Below, in pieces: positions 1 to 10,300 of a stretch of 32,000 nucleotides of DNA (position 1 is its first letter; each line of letters starts with the position of its first letter). The stretch lies in NCBI GenBank assembly GCA_035193785.1, contig CP136572.1, forward strand, positions 360,371 to 392,370, read 5' to 3'. The position numbers and the translations under genes were made by a program. This stretch comes from Planktothrix sp. GU0601_MAG3 (GTDB lineage: Bacteria; Cyanobacteriota; Cyanobacteriia; Cyanobacteriales; Microcoleaceae). The notes under the pieces are model-generated. The model had not been told where the DNA came from. It saw nothing but the letters and a program-made list of their open reading frames with translations, and ran no database searches.

Positions 1-2665
1 CCTTTACCGACGGGTTTGGTGGTAAAAAAGGGATTAAACAAGTTAGATTTTATATTTTCTGACATTCCCACACCATTATCTGCGATTTTAATTATAACTT
101 TATTTTGATCAAAAAACTCAGTCTCAATCGTAATTTGATCTGTATTTTGTTGATCTCTAATTGGAGAGTGATCACGGGCATCTTGTAAAGCATCAATAGC
201 ATTAGAAATTAAATTCATAAACACTTGATTTAATTGTCCTACATAACATTCTACCAAGGGAATATCACCGTATTTTTTAATCACCTTAACCCCTCGATGT
301 TGAACATTTTCTTTTAAACGACTTTGTAAAATTAATAACGTATTATCAATTCCTTCATGAATATTAACTTTCTTCATTTCGGCTTCATCCAACCGTGAAA
401 AATTACGCAGGGAAAGTACAATTTCTCTAATGCGGTTCGATCCCATTTTCATAGAATTGATAATATTTGGAAAATCTTCAATTAAAAAATCAAGTTCCAC
501 TTCCTCCACAAAATCAATAATTTCGGCCGGGGGTTCGGGATAATGGGTTTGATAGATGTTAACTAAACTTAATAAATTTTCTGTATATTCCTGAGCATGA
601 ATTAAGTTTCCCATAAATAAAGTTAACCGGATTATTAATTTCATGGGCAACCCCGGCTACCAATTGACCCAAACTCGACATTTTTTCTGCTTGAATTAAT
701 TGGGTTTGAGCTTTGCGAAAATCGACTAGGGCAACTTCGGCTTCTTCCTTGGCTTTTCGCATTGCTTCCTCCGCGTTTTTTCTATCTGTTATATCCGTAA
801 TCGTACCGACATAACCAATAACTTCTCCATCAGAATTTATTTCCGCAGCAGCTTGACCATAAACCCAAGTAATCTTACCATCGGGACGTTCTAGGCGATA
901 TTCATAATTAAATTGAACGCGATTTTTAGCACAGGTTTCCCATTTCTGAAAGACGGAGATTCTATCTTCGGAATAAATTGCCCGCGACCAACCTTCTCCC
1001 ATGGCTTCTGTTCCGGTTAAGCCAGCAATTTCACACCATCTTTGATTCACATAAAGGCAATTTCCCTGGGTGTCAGTATGGAAAATTCCCACCGGAGAAA
1101 CTTCAGCTAATGTTGCATAAAGTTTTTGAGTATTCTGCAATATTTGTTCCATATTCCGTTGTTCGGTGACATCTACACCTACACTGACAATATAGTCAAT
1201 TTCTTTGGCTTCATTTAGGAGAACGGTATCCGACCAACTAATAATTCTCTGATTTCCATTTTTGGTAATCCAACGGGATTCGTAATATTTAGGAAATTGA
1301 TCAATCAGTAAAAAGGCAAAATTTGCTTTCACTTTAGAGGCTTCCTCTGGGCTTAAAAATATATCCCAAACATAGCAATTTCTAATTTCATCAAAGCTGT
1401 ATTGAGTTGTTTGTTCAAAGGCGCGATTAAATCGAATAATTCGACCTTTTGCATCCATTAAAATCACTAAAGCTCCAGCGATATCTAAAATGGCTGAAAT
1501 AAAACTTCGCTCTTTTTCAATGGCTGTAAATAACTCGTCAATTTGAGTGGTCATTTGATTAAAAGCTGTAGCTAATATGCCCAATTCATTAGAACACTGC
1601 ACATCAACTTTTGTTTTCAAATCTCCTTGACTAATTTTGATCACGGCGTTGGTTAATTGTTTGAGGGGGAAAATAATTTGCCGACTATGAAATATGCCTA
1701 TACCTGTAGCAAACCCTGTAATTAAAATAACCGTTACTCCCATAACAAAAATCATCTGATAAATGGGGCCATAGGCTTCTTTAATCGGAAGTTCAACGAC
1801 TAAAAACCAATTCACACTAGGAATCATGGCTGTCGCGCCCAAAACCTCTACATTTTTCAATCCTAGATAACGATTTATATTTAATTTTTTATGATCTAAA
1901 GCCTCTTGGATAGAATCAATGATCCTATTATTTTTGAGATTCTGAATATTAAATATTTTAGACCTATTGTTAGAAGCAGTAAAGACTTGATTTCGTTCAT
2001 CCACAAGATAAACATATCCAGTTTTACCCACTTGAGTATGAGACAGAATAAAACTGAGAAAACTTAGGTCAATTTCAGTGAATAAAACCCCATTAATCTG
2101 ATCGAATTTATCTCGAATGGGAAACGGACATCACCATTTTATATTTTTGATCACTCGGGTCAAATTCAATTGTTCCTACATAATCTTCCTGTTGTTTAAA
2201 GGGTCGAATAAATAATGGAGAATCGGTATAGTTTTTATTTAAAATTTGACCATCAGTAAGTATAGATGTGATCACCTTTCCTTGAGAATTTAAGATGGCT
2301 ACCAAATGATAGGCGTCATTATGACGAACTAATCCTTCTATCAAGTTTTTTTGAATATCTGGGGGTAAATCAGTTAAGCCCTTAACCCGGGCTAAAAAAT
2401 TTAATTTTCGTTGCAGATCATCTAAATAGTTATTGATTTGATAGGCTATAACTTGCGATCGCTCTCCTTGTATGGATTGCAACTGCCTCATCTGAGATTT
2501 ATAACTCAGATAAATCAATAATCCCCCACTACTTAAAACACTAATCAATCCCACAAGGAGTAAACTCCCACGGAGTTGTTTAGCTAGGGAAAAAAACCTC
2601 GGGGTGGAAAAGGAAAAAGAACCCCCAATCTTAGATAAAAAATGATGTTTCTCCGCTTGACTCAT
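1..2665 (-). CDS. Sensor histidine kinase, C-terminus cut by the window edge (TM, Cache-like domain, TM, HAMP, 2x PAS, HisKA, HATPase_c); two apparent frameshifts as written
   Basis: ORFs 2108..2665 and 559..2031 plus an untracked frame over 1..~610 are colinear pieces of one protein. Joining them gives ...KMVMSV|PIRDKFDQINGVLFTEIDLSFL...GKTGYVYLVD (Cache-like). A HAMP follows (PLKQLTNAVIKISQGDL...ELGILATAFNQM), then two PAS blocks and the H-box VAHEINNPVNFIYG|NLIHAQEY. My translation of 1..600 then gives QVFMNLISNAIDA, DNGVGM and FNPFFTTKPVGKG. The frame breaks are at GAAAC 2121..2125 and GTTTC 606..610. Confidence 0.85.
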
Positions 2666-2697
2666 AATTTTTTCAATAACAGGGAACTAATCCATTT

Positions 2698-3733
2698 TTA
2701 TTTATTGTAATCTGTTGTTAGCCCGGAAGGGGTAATATCAATTTTTCCCGTTACTACTTGCTGTTTTATCTGATTAAATTTGGCTTCTTCTTCGGCTGTT
2801 AAAGTGCCTCTAAAGGGGGCAAAATCATAAATTTGTTCCCGTAGTCCATATTTATATTGTTTGCCTTCCCAGCGTCCTTGCTGCACTAAGGTAGCAATTT
2901 TTAAGACTAATTCAGGAATATTCTGTAGGACACTGGTTAAAATTTTGCCCGGGACTAAGTTATATTTATCTTTCGTCCAACCAATCCCATAAACCTCTGG
3001 TTTTTCACTGGCTAACTTTAAAGCTGAAATTCCTGCTTCATCTGCGTTAATTGCCATAATATCTACTCCTTTTTTCAACCAATCTAGGGCGACTTTATTA
3101 CCTTTTTCTGCATCTGTCCAAGTCTGCAAAAATTGAGTATAGACTTCAATATTTGGTTTGGTTGCAGTTGCTCCTCGCCTAAATAATTCTGCTTCTTCTC
3201 GATAAACAGGGTAATCATATCCCACCATGTAACCGACTTTATTGGTTTTGGTTTTTATGGCGGCTAATGCTCCAGTTAGATAACCTACTTCCCCGGAAAC
3301 GAAAAGCAACTGCTCCCAAATTTTTATTATTCCCAGAATAGCTTGTCACTACAGCAAATTTGATATCTGGAAAATCTTTAGCCACCTTTTCCATTGCTTT
3401 AATATAACCACCACCATGACCAATAATTAAATCATATCCCTGTTGGGCATAGCTACGAATTAATGCTTCATCGCCAGTTTCTGGGGCATTTTCCGTATAG
3501 GTGATTTCAGCATTATATTGCTTTTCAATTAATTTTAATCCTTCATAATTAGCTTGACTCCAACTTCCATCTTCTATGGAACCAGTGAAAATACTCGCCA
3601 CTCTAAATTGGAATTGACTCTGGGAATCGGAGGTTGTTAATTGTTCTTGATTCCACTGACTACAACTGACTATAATCACTAATGTGATCATTCCTAGCAG
3701 GATATTGGTCAAGAATTTTGGTATTTGCCGCAT
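2698..3733 (-). CDS. BMP/PnrA-family ABC-transporter substrate-binding lipoprotein; one apparent frameshift
   Basis: ORFs 3239..3733 and 2698..3309 are the N and C halves of one protein. It has a signal peptide with lipobox (LVIIVSC|S) and DLIIGHGGGY. The junction NLGAVAFR|SGEVGYLTGALAAIKTKTNKVGYM is restored by removing one base at GAAAC 3296..3300. It lies directly upstream of the kinase on the same strand. Confidence 0.8.
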
Positions 3734-3763
3734 ACAATTCCTGAAGTTAAGGGGAATTACGAA

Positions 3764-3812
3764 TGGGTAATGGGTAATGGGTAATGGGTAATGGGTAATG
3801 GGTAATGGGTAA
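3764..3812. repeat. STRR-type tandem heptamer, TGGGTAA x7
   Basis: Seven perfect head-to-tail copies read directly from the sequence, in the intergenic region upstream of the BMP gene. Confidence 0.95.
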
Positions 3813-3958
3813 TGGGTAATAGTATTTACCTCATAATAAATTATGGATAGCCAATATTTAAGTATTGAATATTACATTAAATTCTATTAACTGGAAATTG
3901 TAATTGCACCCTTATACTCTTTTTGTCTGATATTAACAGAGTTTTTTCCTAAAAACAA

Positions 3959-3982
3959 CAAGGAAGCCTCACTGCCTCCTTG
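3959..3982 (-). terminator. Candidate intrinsic terminator downstream of leuD
   Basis: The hairpin is CAAGGAAGC-tcact-GCCTCCTTG, a 9-bp stem with one mismatch, 14 nt past the restored leuD stop. On the minus strand it is followed by TTGTTGTTTTT. There is also a T-run on the plus strand. Confidence 0.4.
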
Positions 3983-3995
3983 CTATTTTTGGGAT

Positions 3996-4590
3996 TTAAC
4001 TTGCCCAATTCAAATAGGGCAATTTTGTGGCGGTGGCTTGAATTTGCTCAAAATTAGCAATTAATTGTCCGCAACTATCCCACATTCCGGTAATAAAAGA
4101 TTGACGGGAAACCTGCATTCATATTCACATCAATAGTTAACTCTCCACAGTGGACTTTCATGGATTCTAAATCTAGGTTAAGAGCTACTTGAGGATTGGC
4201 TTTTAAAGCTTCTTGAACTGCCTTGACATCCTCTGGTTTGGCGGTGACACAGGGAACCCCAATCGAGACACAGTTTCCCAAGAATATTTCGGCAAAACTT
4301 TCTCCAATAATCGCTTGAATCCCCCATTTGGCAATAGCTTGGGGGGCGTGTTCCCGGGAGGAACCACAACCAAAATTAGCATTAACTACTAATATATTTG
4401 CCCCTTGATATTCGGGCAAATCAAAGGCGTGTTTTCCCTGCATTTGTTGGCGGTCATCGGCAAAAACTTTTTCCCCTAATCCATCAAAGGTAACAGACCG
4501 TAAAAACCGCGCCGGAATAATCCGGTCGGTATCAATATCACTGCCAACTAAAGCAATTCCTGTTCCCGAAATACTTTGAATTTTACTCAT
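3996..4590 (-). CDS. leuD: 3-isopropylmalate dehydratase small subunit; one apparent frameshift
   Basis: The protein reads [30 protein letters not shown]... and contains [10 protein letters not shown]. The likely start is ATG at 4590; the upstream part of the tracked ORF is read-through of the spacer. Removing one base at GAAAC 4108..4112 restores the C-terminus NMNAG|[37 protein letters not shown]. Confidence 0.9.
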
Positions 4591-4620
4591 TGTTGAAGTT
4601 CCGTAATTTATGTTAAGAAT

Positions 4621-4712
4621 TGACCCCACCTTAATTTTCCCCTTGGTAAGAGGAGGGAATAAGAGTAAGAATTGACTCTGTTTCCCCACCTTTTTCAAGG
4701 GGGCTAGGGGCT
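4621..4712. repeat. Small palindromic repeat fragment in the leuC-leuD spacer, related to the element at 14346..14506
   Basis: Two inverted blocks are present: TTTTCCCCTTGGTAAGAGG and CCACCTTTTTCAAGGGGGCTAGGGG. The second resembles the right arm TCCCCCTTTTTAATGGGGATTTAGGGGG of the cas1-cas2 element. Confidence 0.3.
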
Positions 4713-4719
4713 GAAGTGC

Positions 4720-6125
4720 TTATAATAACTCCCGTACATCCGTAACTACACCGTTAACCGCCGCCGCCACCACCATGACCGGACTCATTAACAATGTCCG
4801 ACCGTTGGCGGAAACCCTGACGGCCTTTAAAGTTGCGGTTAGAAGACGATGCACTCAGTTGATTTCCCTGTAACTTATCGGGGTTCATCGCCAAACACAT
4901 AGAACATCCGGCCTCGCGCCATTCAAACCCCGCCGCTTCAAAGATTTTATCCAGTCCTTCGGCTTCGGCTTCGGCTTTTACCCGTTCTGAACCGGGAACC
5001 ACAAAGGCTTTCACCCCACTGGCGACTTTCCGACCCTGGGCAAATTTAGCCGCTGCTCGCAGGTCACTGAGGCGGCCGTTGGTACAACTGCCGATAAAAC
5101 AGACGTCTACTTTTGTCCCTTGAATGGGGGTTCCGGGGGTAAATTCCATGTATTGATAGGCTTCTTTAGCCACCTCCCGATCGGTTTCTGCAATCTCCTC
5201 TAAAGTAGGGATTAACTCATTAACCGCCATTCCCTGTCCGGGGGTAATTCCCCAAGTTACGGTGGGAGCAATCTTCGTGGCATCAAATTTTACCACATCA
5301 TCATAAACGGCATCCGTACTACTGCGGATACTATTCCACCAAGTCACGGCTTTTTCCCAGTCCTCCCCTTTGGGGGCAAAATCTCGGCCCTGTAAATAGT
5401 CGTAGGTCACTTGATCGGGGTTAACATAGCCGCACCGGGCGCCCCCTTCAATGGACATATTACAGATCGTCATCCGTTCTTCCATGGACATCGCCTCAAT
5501 GGTGCTTCCGGCGAATTCGTAGGCGTAGCCCACGCCCCCCTTTACCCCCAAGGTGCGGATAATATGCAGCACCACATCCTTTGCATAGACCCCGGGGGGC
5601 AGTTCTCCATTTACCTCGATTCGGCGGACTTTCAGTTTTCCTAACGCTAGGGTTTGGGATGCCAGCACATCCCGCACTTGAGAGGTTCCAATCCCAAAGG
5701 CGATCGCCCCAAATGCTCCATGGGTAGAGGTGTGGGAGTCCCCGCAGGCAATGGTCATCCCCGGTTGGGTTAATCCCTGTTCCGGTGCGATGACGTGGAC
5801 AATCCCTTGGTTCCCAGAACCGATATTATAAAAACGGATACCATATTCTTGACAACTTTGTTCCAAGGACTGTATCATTTCTTCCGCCAAGGTATCCACA
5901 AAGGGACGAGCTTGGTTATCGGTGGGAACGATATGATCGACGGTGGCGACAGTGCGTTCAGGACACAGAACTTTCAGGTGGCGATCGCGCAACATGGCAA
6001 ACGCTTGGGGACTGGTGACTTCATGGATCAGGTGCAAACCAATGAAAAGTTGAGTCTGTCCTGATGGCAGGGTTTCCAACGGTATGCAACTCCCATACTT
6101 GATCAAATAGTGTTCTTTCGCTCAT
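4720..6125 (-). CDS. leuC: 3-isopropylmalate dehydratase large subunit; two apparent frameshifts
   Basis: Aconitase-family motifs are present: [28 protein letters not shown] and [12 protein letters not shown]. The N-terminus [17 protein letters not shown]|[10 protein letters not shown] is restored at GTTTC 6072..6076, giving an ATG start at 6125. The C-terminus GRQGS|[29 protein letters not shown] is restored at GAAAC 4811..4815, giving a stop at 4720. Confidence 0.92.
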
Positions 6126-6273
6126 AGAATCTAAAAAATAACTGCGTTTGTAACGCTCGCACTACTGGCATTTATTTTAGCGGTTAATGGATTTGTGGCG
6201 TTAACTGTTGGGAATAACTTAATCTCTAGGGATTGATAATAAATAGTGAACTACCTACACCTCTGGTACGAGT

Positions 6274-6320
6274 AGGGGCGAATGGCCATTCGCCCCTAAT
6301 TTGCCATTCGCCCCTAATTT
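6274..6320. repeat. 24-nt perfect palindrome followed by an 18-nt tandem duplication
   Basis: AGGGGCGAATGG|CCATTCGCCCCT (6274..6297) is a perfect palindrome. GCCATTCGCCCCTAATTT occurs twice in tandem (6285..6302 and 6303..6320). The whole is flanked by 9-nt inverted arms CACCTCTGG / CCAGAGGTG. Confidence 0.9.
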
Positions 6321-6430
6321 ATTGTTGTTGGGATAGGTATTCTCCCAGAGGTGCGGAAGATCAACAAAGATTTGAAGATCATCCAACACCCTATGGGAAT
6401 TATGAATAGCCTAATTTACCCCGATTATGT

Positions 6431-6613
6431 CTAATTCGGAGGAACAATCGGATCATTTTCACTCGGTTTATTCTCTTGGGCCAGAACGATGAATGATGGG
6501 GAAGAATCAGCAATTTGAACCATAGAATGACTTCCAATATGAGTGATCATTCCAAGATATTCAGGCGAAAAAACAGTCCCATTGATCAGACAAGACAACA
6601 GAAAATTTAACAT
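6431..6613 (-). CDS. Hypothetical small protein (60 aa)
   Basis: This rests on an open frame only. I recognised no motif and no convincing RBS. Confidence 0.15.
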   Translation of the reverse strand: MLNFLLSCLINGTVFSPEYLGMITHIGSHSMVQIADSSPSFIVLAQENKPSENDPIVPPN

Positions 6614-6906
6614 GATTTTATCGTCTCCATTTTTTAAGTAAAAAAAGCATGAAAAATGTGCATCAAAAATTCTTCCATTGCTTCCGTCAGTTATGCCTAA
6701 ACAGTAAGCAGCAGAAATTAATTAAAAATCCAGTAGTGTCATTCCAAAAAATTGTCCAGCGGCAACAGGGAGGACAAAAGTTAGAAATACGGTTGAAAGA
6801 TGTGTGGTTGTTGAGTAGCAGGTCGAAAACAGCAGAATTAACTCATGGAATACCTTGAGTCCAATGAGTCTATTATCATTATATGTTGAATTGAGCCCTT
6901 CTACAA

Positions 6907-8697
6907 ATGTTGATCTCCTGGGACTATCCCCCAACCGCAGAACTATTGCAATACCTGGCCGGGGGACGGCTGGCTGTGAGGTTCCATCGAGCCGTTAGAT
7001 TATGGGTTTTACTCCATCGCTTTTATGGTATGGAGTCCCGTTGGATTATCCATTTACCCCAACCCTTTACCTATCCTGACCTGCGAAACCGTTTATTTTC
7101 CGAAAAACATCCCAAAAGCGATCGCCTCAAAGTTCAGAACATTCTGGCCGGATGTCGGGACAATTCTTGTATTTGCCAGCACTCGGTTATGGACTTACTC
7201 CAAAATCATTTCTCTCCAGAAACCTCGGAGGAGTGGAAACACCAGTTACAAACCCTCACCGGATGGTCAGATACCGAACTCCACCAGCAGTTACGGGGTT
7301 ATCCCTTCGCCACCGTCCATCGCAGCCTGCGGGATGATCTTAAATTCTTGATAGACCTGGGGTGGTTGGGAAGGGGAGTAGGGGGAGTAGGGGGAGCGGG
7401 GGGAGCAGGGGGAGCAGGGGGAGCAGGGGGGGCAGGGGAGGCAGGGGGAGCAGGGGAGGCAGGGGGGGCAGGGGAGGCAGGGGGGGCAGGGGGAGTAGGG
7501 GGGGCAGGGGAGGTAGGGGGAGCAGGGGGGGTAGGGGGAGCAGGGGAGGCAGGGGGGGCAGGGGGAGCAGGGGAGGTAGAGGGAGCAGGGGAGGTAGGGG
7601 GAGCAGGGGGAGCAGGGGGAGCAGGGGAGGTAGGGGGAGCAGGGGAGGTAGAGGGAGCAGGGGGGGGAGTGTCTTTGGGCGCTAGATATAAAACATCAAA
7701 TGCTGGATATAAACCATCAACTATTAGTTGCTACTATGGGGGAAATTCTCCAAAGTTGCCTATTTTCTCAATAACTAATACCCTGAATTTTTCGGGACTG
7801 TCTAAAACCCAACTTTGGGGACTATTACGAGTGTTAGAATCCGTGGTTTTTGTGCAGCCAAATTTGGAGGTTATAGTACAATCTTTATGGGAAGCATTGG
7901 TGGAAGATGGGGTTAAACCGACTGAGGAAAAAGAAGCAGAACCCCAAAGGCGAATTTTTATTAATTTGGATTATATTTTAGCCGATGAAAACCAGGATCG
8001 GGTTGACGGTTATCAGGAACAAATTGAACTGTTATGGCGTGATCCTATGGGTGGGGTAATTAATTTTAAAACCTGGATACCCGCCGAGGAAAAAAAGGTG
8101 GAGGTGACGGTTTATCCGGTTTGTTTGCATTATGTTCGTCGGGCAAAATATCTGAGTGCTTTTGGGTTTGACCCGGAAGGAAGGTTGGGCTGGCATAATT
8201 ATCGGTTGGATAGAATTGCTTCAGAATATCTTAGGGTTTTGTCTTGGGGCGATCGCCATATTCCCCCGGAACTTGAGCACCTGAAATTAACTGAAAGTCT
8301 CCCTACTTCTGAGGATGTACAAACCGAATTAGATGCGGCTTGGGGGTTTAATTTCTATTTACCTAGTCAATTATTAATTATGCGATTTAACCCAACTTTC
8401 GACCGTTGGTATGTGGATAATACGGACAGACACCCAACTTTTAAGCCGATTTCCTATCCGGCGTTACCCGGATTAATTCGCCGTCATATTCCTAATTTGG
8501 AGGAACAAAAGGCCGTATTAGAGATTATTAATCAACGTTCTCCCCAGGATTGCTATTATCAAGCATGGATACGGGTGGGGGATATTAATGTGTTAATGCG
8601 GTTACGAGAATGGCGGGGAAATGGGGAAGTGATTGCTCCTTTTTCCATTCGTCAACGGCTACATCAGGAGGCGTTAGAGGAGTTATCAAATTATTAG
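6907..8697 (+). CDS. CRISPR-linked WYL-domain / HTH regulator-like protein with an internal Gly/Ala/Glu-rich repeat linker
   Basis: A 596-aa intact ORF. The N-terminal part has an HTH-like segment ([20 protein letters not shown]). A linker of about 100 aa of (G-G/E-A/V)n follows. The C-terminal part has the WYL-type signature [10 protein letters not shown]. From memory it resembles the cyanobacterial CRISPR-associated TIGR03985-type family; this was not searched. Confidence 0.65.
   Translation: MLISWDYPPTAELLQYLAGGRLAVRFHRAVRLWVLLHRFYGMESRWIIHLPQPFTYPDLRNRLFSEKHPKSDRLKVQNILAGCRDNSCICQHSVMDLLQNHFSPETSEEWKHQLQTLTGWSDTELHQQLRGYPFATVHRSLRDDLKFLIDLGWLGRGVGGVGGAGGAGGAGGAGGAGEAGGAGEAGGAGEAGGAGGVGGAGEVGGAGGVGGAGEAGGAGGAGEVEGAGEVGGAGGAGGAGEVGGAGEVEGAGGGVSLGARYKTSNAGYKPSTISCYYGGNSPKLPIFSITNTLNFSGLSKTQLWGLLRVLESVVFVQPNLEVIVQSLWEALVEDGVKPTEEKEAEPQRRIFINLDYILADENQDRVDGYQEQIELLWRDPMGGVINFKTWIPAEEKKVEVTVYPVCLHYVRRAKYLSAFGFDPEGRLGWHNYRLDRIASEYLRVLSWGDRHIPPELEHLKLTESLPTSEDVQTELDAAWGFNFYLPSQLLIMRFNPTFDRWYVDNTDRHPTFKPISYPALPGLIRRHIPNLEEQKAVLEIINQRSPQDCYYQAWIRVGDINVLMRLREWRGNGEVIAPFSIRQRLHQEALEELSNY
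7372..7659 (+). repeat. 32 tandem 9-bp units GGGGRRGYA, in frame inside the WYL-like gene
   Basis: I counted the units one by one (for example GGGGGAGCA, GGGGAGGCA, GGGGGGGCA, GGGGAGGTA, GAGGGAGCA). A partial 33rd unit follows. The coding strand carries a G run of at least 4 in nearly every 9-nt unit (two GAGGGAGCA units lack one). Confidence 0.95.
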
Positions 8698-8766
8698 AAT
8701 ATGGGATATTTTAGAAAAAATTGCTATAGTGGTTTCAGAGTTTTAATTCTCTAGGGAGGTGTTTCC

Positions 8767-8952
8767 ATGACTATTATAATCTCCGATGAAATTATCCAAG
8801 CCTCTCAACTGACTCCAAAGGAGTTTTGTCAAGAAATTGCACTCTATTTATTTGAGACGGGTCACTTAACAGTCGGTTATGCAAGTCAACTGGCGGATAT
8901 GCCTACTGATGTTTTTCGTCAACTTCTGAAGCAGCGCCATATTCCTCTTTAT
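8767..8952 (+). pseudogene. UPF0175-family antitoxin-like gene, 5' part, interrupted by the IS
   Basis: The translation MTIIISDEIIQASQLTPKEFCQEIALYLFETGHLTVGYASQLADMPTDVFRQLLKQRHIPL(Y) matches the family pattern up to IPL. The remainder of the tracked ORF (RKWEPEDPHH...) is read-through into the IS left end. Confidence 0.7.
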
Positions 8953-10300
8953 CGAAAATGGGAGCCAGAAGACCCGCACCATAAGGAACGTTGGTGTCAG
9001 GATGAATGGCGACCCCAAAAAAACAAATTACAGAATTTGTATTAGAATGTAAAGCATGACAGAAAAAGCCTACCGCTACCGATTCTATCCAACTCCTGAA
9101 CAAGAAGATCTGTTGAGGAGAACATTGGGGTGTGTTCGACTAATCTACAATAAAGCATTAGCTCAAAGAACCCAAGCCTGGTATGAAAAAAAAGAACGAG
9201 TAGGCTATTCTGAAACATCTTCCCAGTTAACTGAATGGAAAAAAGAAGAAGAACTGAACTTTCTTAATGATGTTAGCTCAGTTCCACTTCAGCAGGGATT
9301 AAGACATCTGCAAACCGCTTTTACCAACTTTTTTGCAGGTCGGGCTAAATATCCGAACTTCAAGAAAAAACGTCATGGAGGTAGTGCAGAATTTACCAAA
9401 GCTGCATTCACCTATAAAAACGGTGAAATCTATTTAGCTAAGAATAAACAACCTTTACCGATTCGGTGGAGTCGTCAACTTCCAAAAGGATGTCAACCCT
9501 CAACCATAACAGTTAAGTTAGACCCTAGCGGTCGATGGTTTGTCTCTTTAAGAATTGATGACCCAACTAATAACAAATTAGAACCCACCGAAAAAAATGT
9601 AGGAATAGATTTAGGAATTTCTAGTCTATTGACTACATCCGACGGGGTTAAGGTTGCCAATCCTAAACACTTTAATCAGTTATACAAAAAACTTCGACTT
9701 GCTCAAAAATCTTTGAGTCGGAAAATCAAAGGCTCAAAAAATCGAGAGAAAGCCCGAAAAAAAGTAGCCCGAATTCACGCCCAAATTGCCGATTGTAGAA
9801 GGGACTATACTCACAAGTTAAGCACTCAACTGATTCGGGAAAATCAAACGATAGTAGTTGAGGATTTAGCCGTAGGAAATCTAATCAAGAATCCTAAATT
9901 AGCCCGGGCAATTAGTGATGCAAATTGGGCTGAATTTGTTCGTCAGTTAACCTATAAGGCTGATTGGTACGGGCGAAAATTGATTAAAATAGACCGATGG
10001 TTTCCTAGTTCCAAACGTTGTGGAAACTGTGGACACATTTTAGATAAATTGCCGTTAAATATCAGGGAATGGGATTGTCCTAATTGTGGGACACATCATG
10101 ACCGCGATCTTAATGCGGCCAATAACATTTTGGCGGCAGGACTTGCCGTGTCAGTCTGTGGAGCGACCGTAAGACCGGAAACAGAGTAAATCTGTTTCGG
10201 CTGGTGCGAAAACCCGTGCATGGACGGAAGCAGAAAACCAAGTCGTGAGTCTTGGGAATCCCACACCATAAGCGAAGCGTTGGTGTTGGGAGGATGTCAA
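8950..10300 (+). mobile_element. IS200/IS605-family element carrying only tnpB (IS1341-like, no tnpA); left boundary uncertain by about 3-6 nt
   Basis: Homologous subterminal imperfect palindromes sit at both ends. The left one is CCCGCACCATAAGGAACGTTGGTGTCAGGATG (8973..9004). The right one is CCCACACCATAAGCGAAGCGTTGGTGTTGGGAGGATG (10260..10296). The element ends in GTCAA at 10300. Removing roughly 8950/8953..10300 rejoins the two halves of the UPF0175 gene in frame. Confidence 0.7.
9056..10189 (+). CDS. tnpB: TnpB (IS605 OrfB-family RNA-guided endonuclease), intact
   Basis: A 377-aa ORF. The N-terminus is MTEKAYRYRFYPTPEQEDLLRRTLGCVRLIYNKAL. RuvC-like motifs are VGIDLGI, VVEDL and HDRDLNAANNI. 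The zinc-finger cysteines are CGNCGH...CPNCG. Confidence 0.9.
   Translation: MTEKAYRYRFYPTPEQEDLLRRTLGCVRLIYNKALAQRTQAWYEKKERVGYSETSSQLTEWKKEEELNFLNDVSSVPLQQGLRHLQTAFTNFFAGRAKYPNFKKKRHGGSAEFTKAAFTYKNGEIYLAKNKQPLPIRWSRQLPKGCQPSTITVKLDPSGRWFVSLRIDDPTNNKLEPTEKNVGIDLGISSLLTTSDGVKVANPKHFNQLYKKLRLAQKSLSRKIKGSKNREKARKKVARIHAQIADCRRDYTHKLSTQLIRENQTIVVEDLAVGNLIKNPKLARAISDANWAEFVRQLTYKADWYGRKLIKIDRWFPSSKRCGNCGHILDKLPLNIREWDCPNCGTHHDRDLNAANNILAAGLAVSVCGATVRPETE

Noticed and set aside
4754-4800. Poly-glycine tail (HGGGGGG) on LeuC, and the odd C-termini of LeuD and other genes
   Set aside because: These are products of reading past a frameshift. The alternative frame gives the canonical family C-termini.
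978-6064. Short antisense ORFs inside the kinase, leuD and leuC (978..1169, 4178..4369, 5411..5644, 5795..6064)
   Set aside because: They lie entirely within well-supported genes on the opposite strand, with no motifs. They are typical shadow ORFs.
6431-6934. Minus-strand ORFs 6722..6934 and 6431..6613 are in the same frame, separated by a single TAA, which suggests one gene with a stop or read-through
   Set aside because: I recognised no family motif in either part. The upstream ORF overlaps the start of the WYL-like gene. An AT-rich intergenic region easily yields such frames by chance.
7362-7685. Alternative-frame ORF encoding (GSRG/GGRG)n, which resembles an RGG-box protein; also ORFs 7025..7351 and 7152..7337
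   Set aside because: These are out-of-frame readings of the 9-bp repeat tract and of the WYL-like gene. The long 596-aa frame, with conserved domains on both sides, explains the region.
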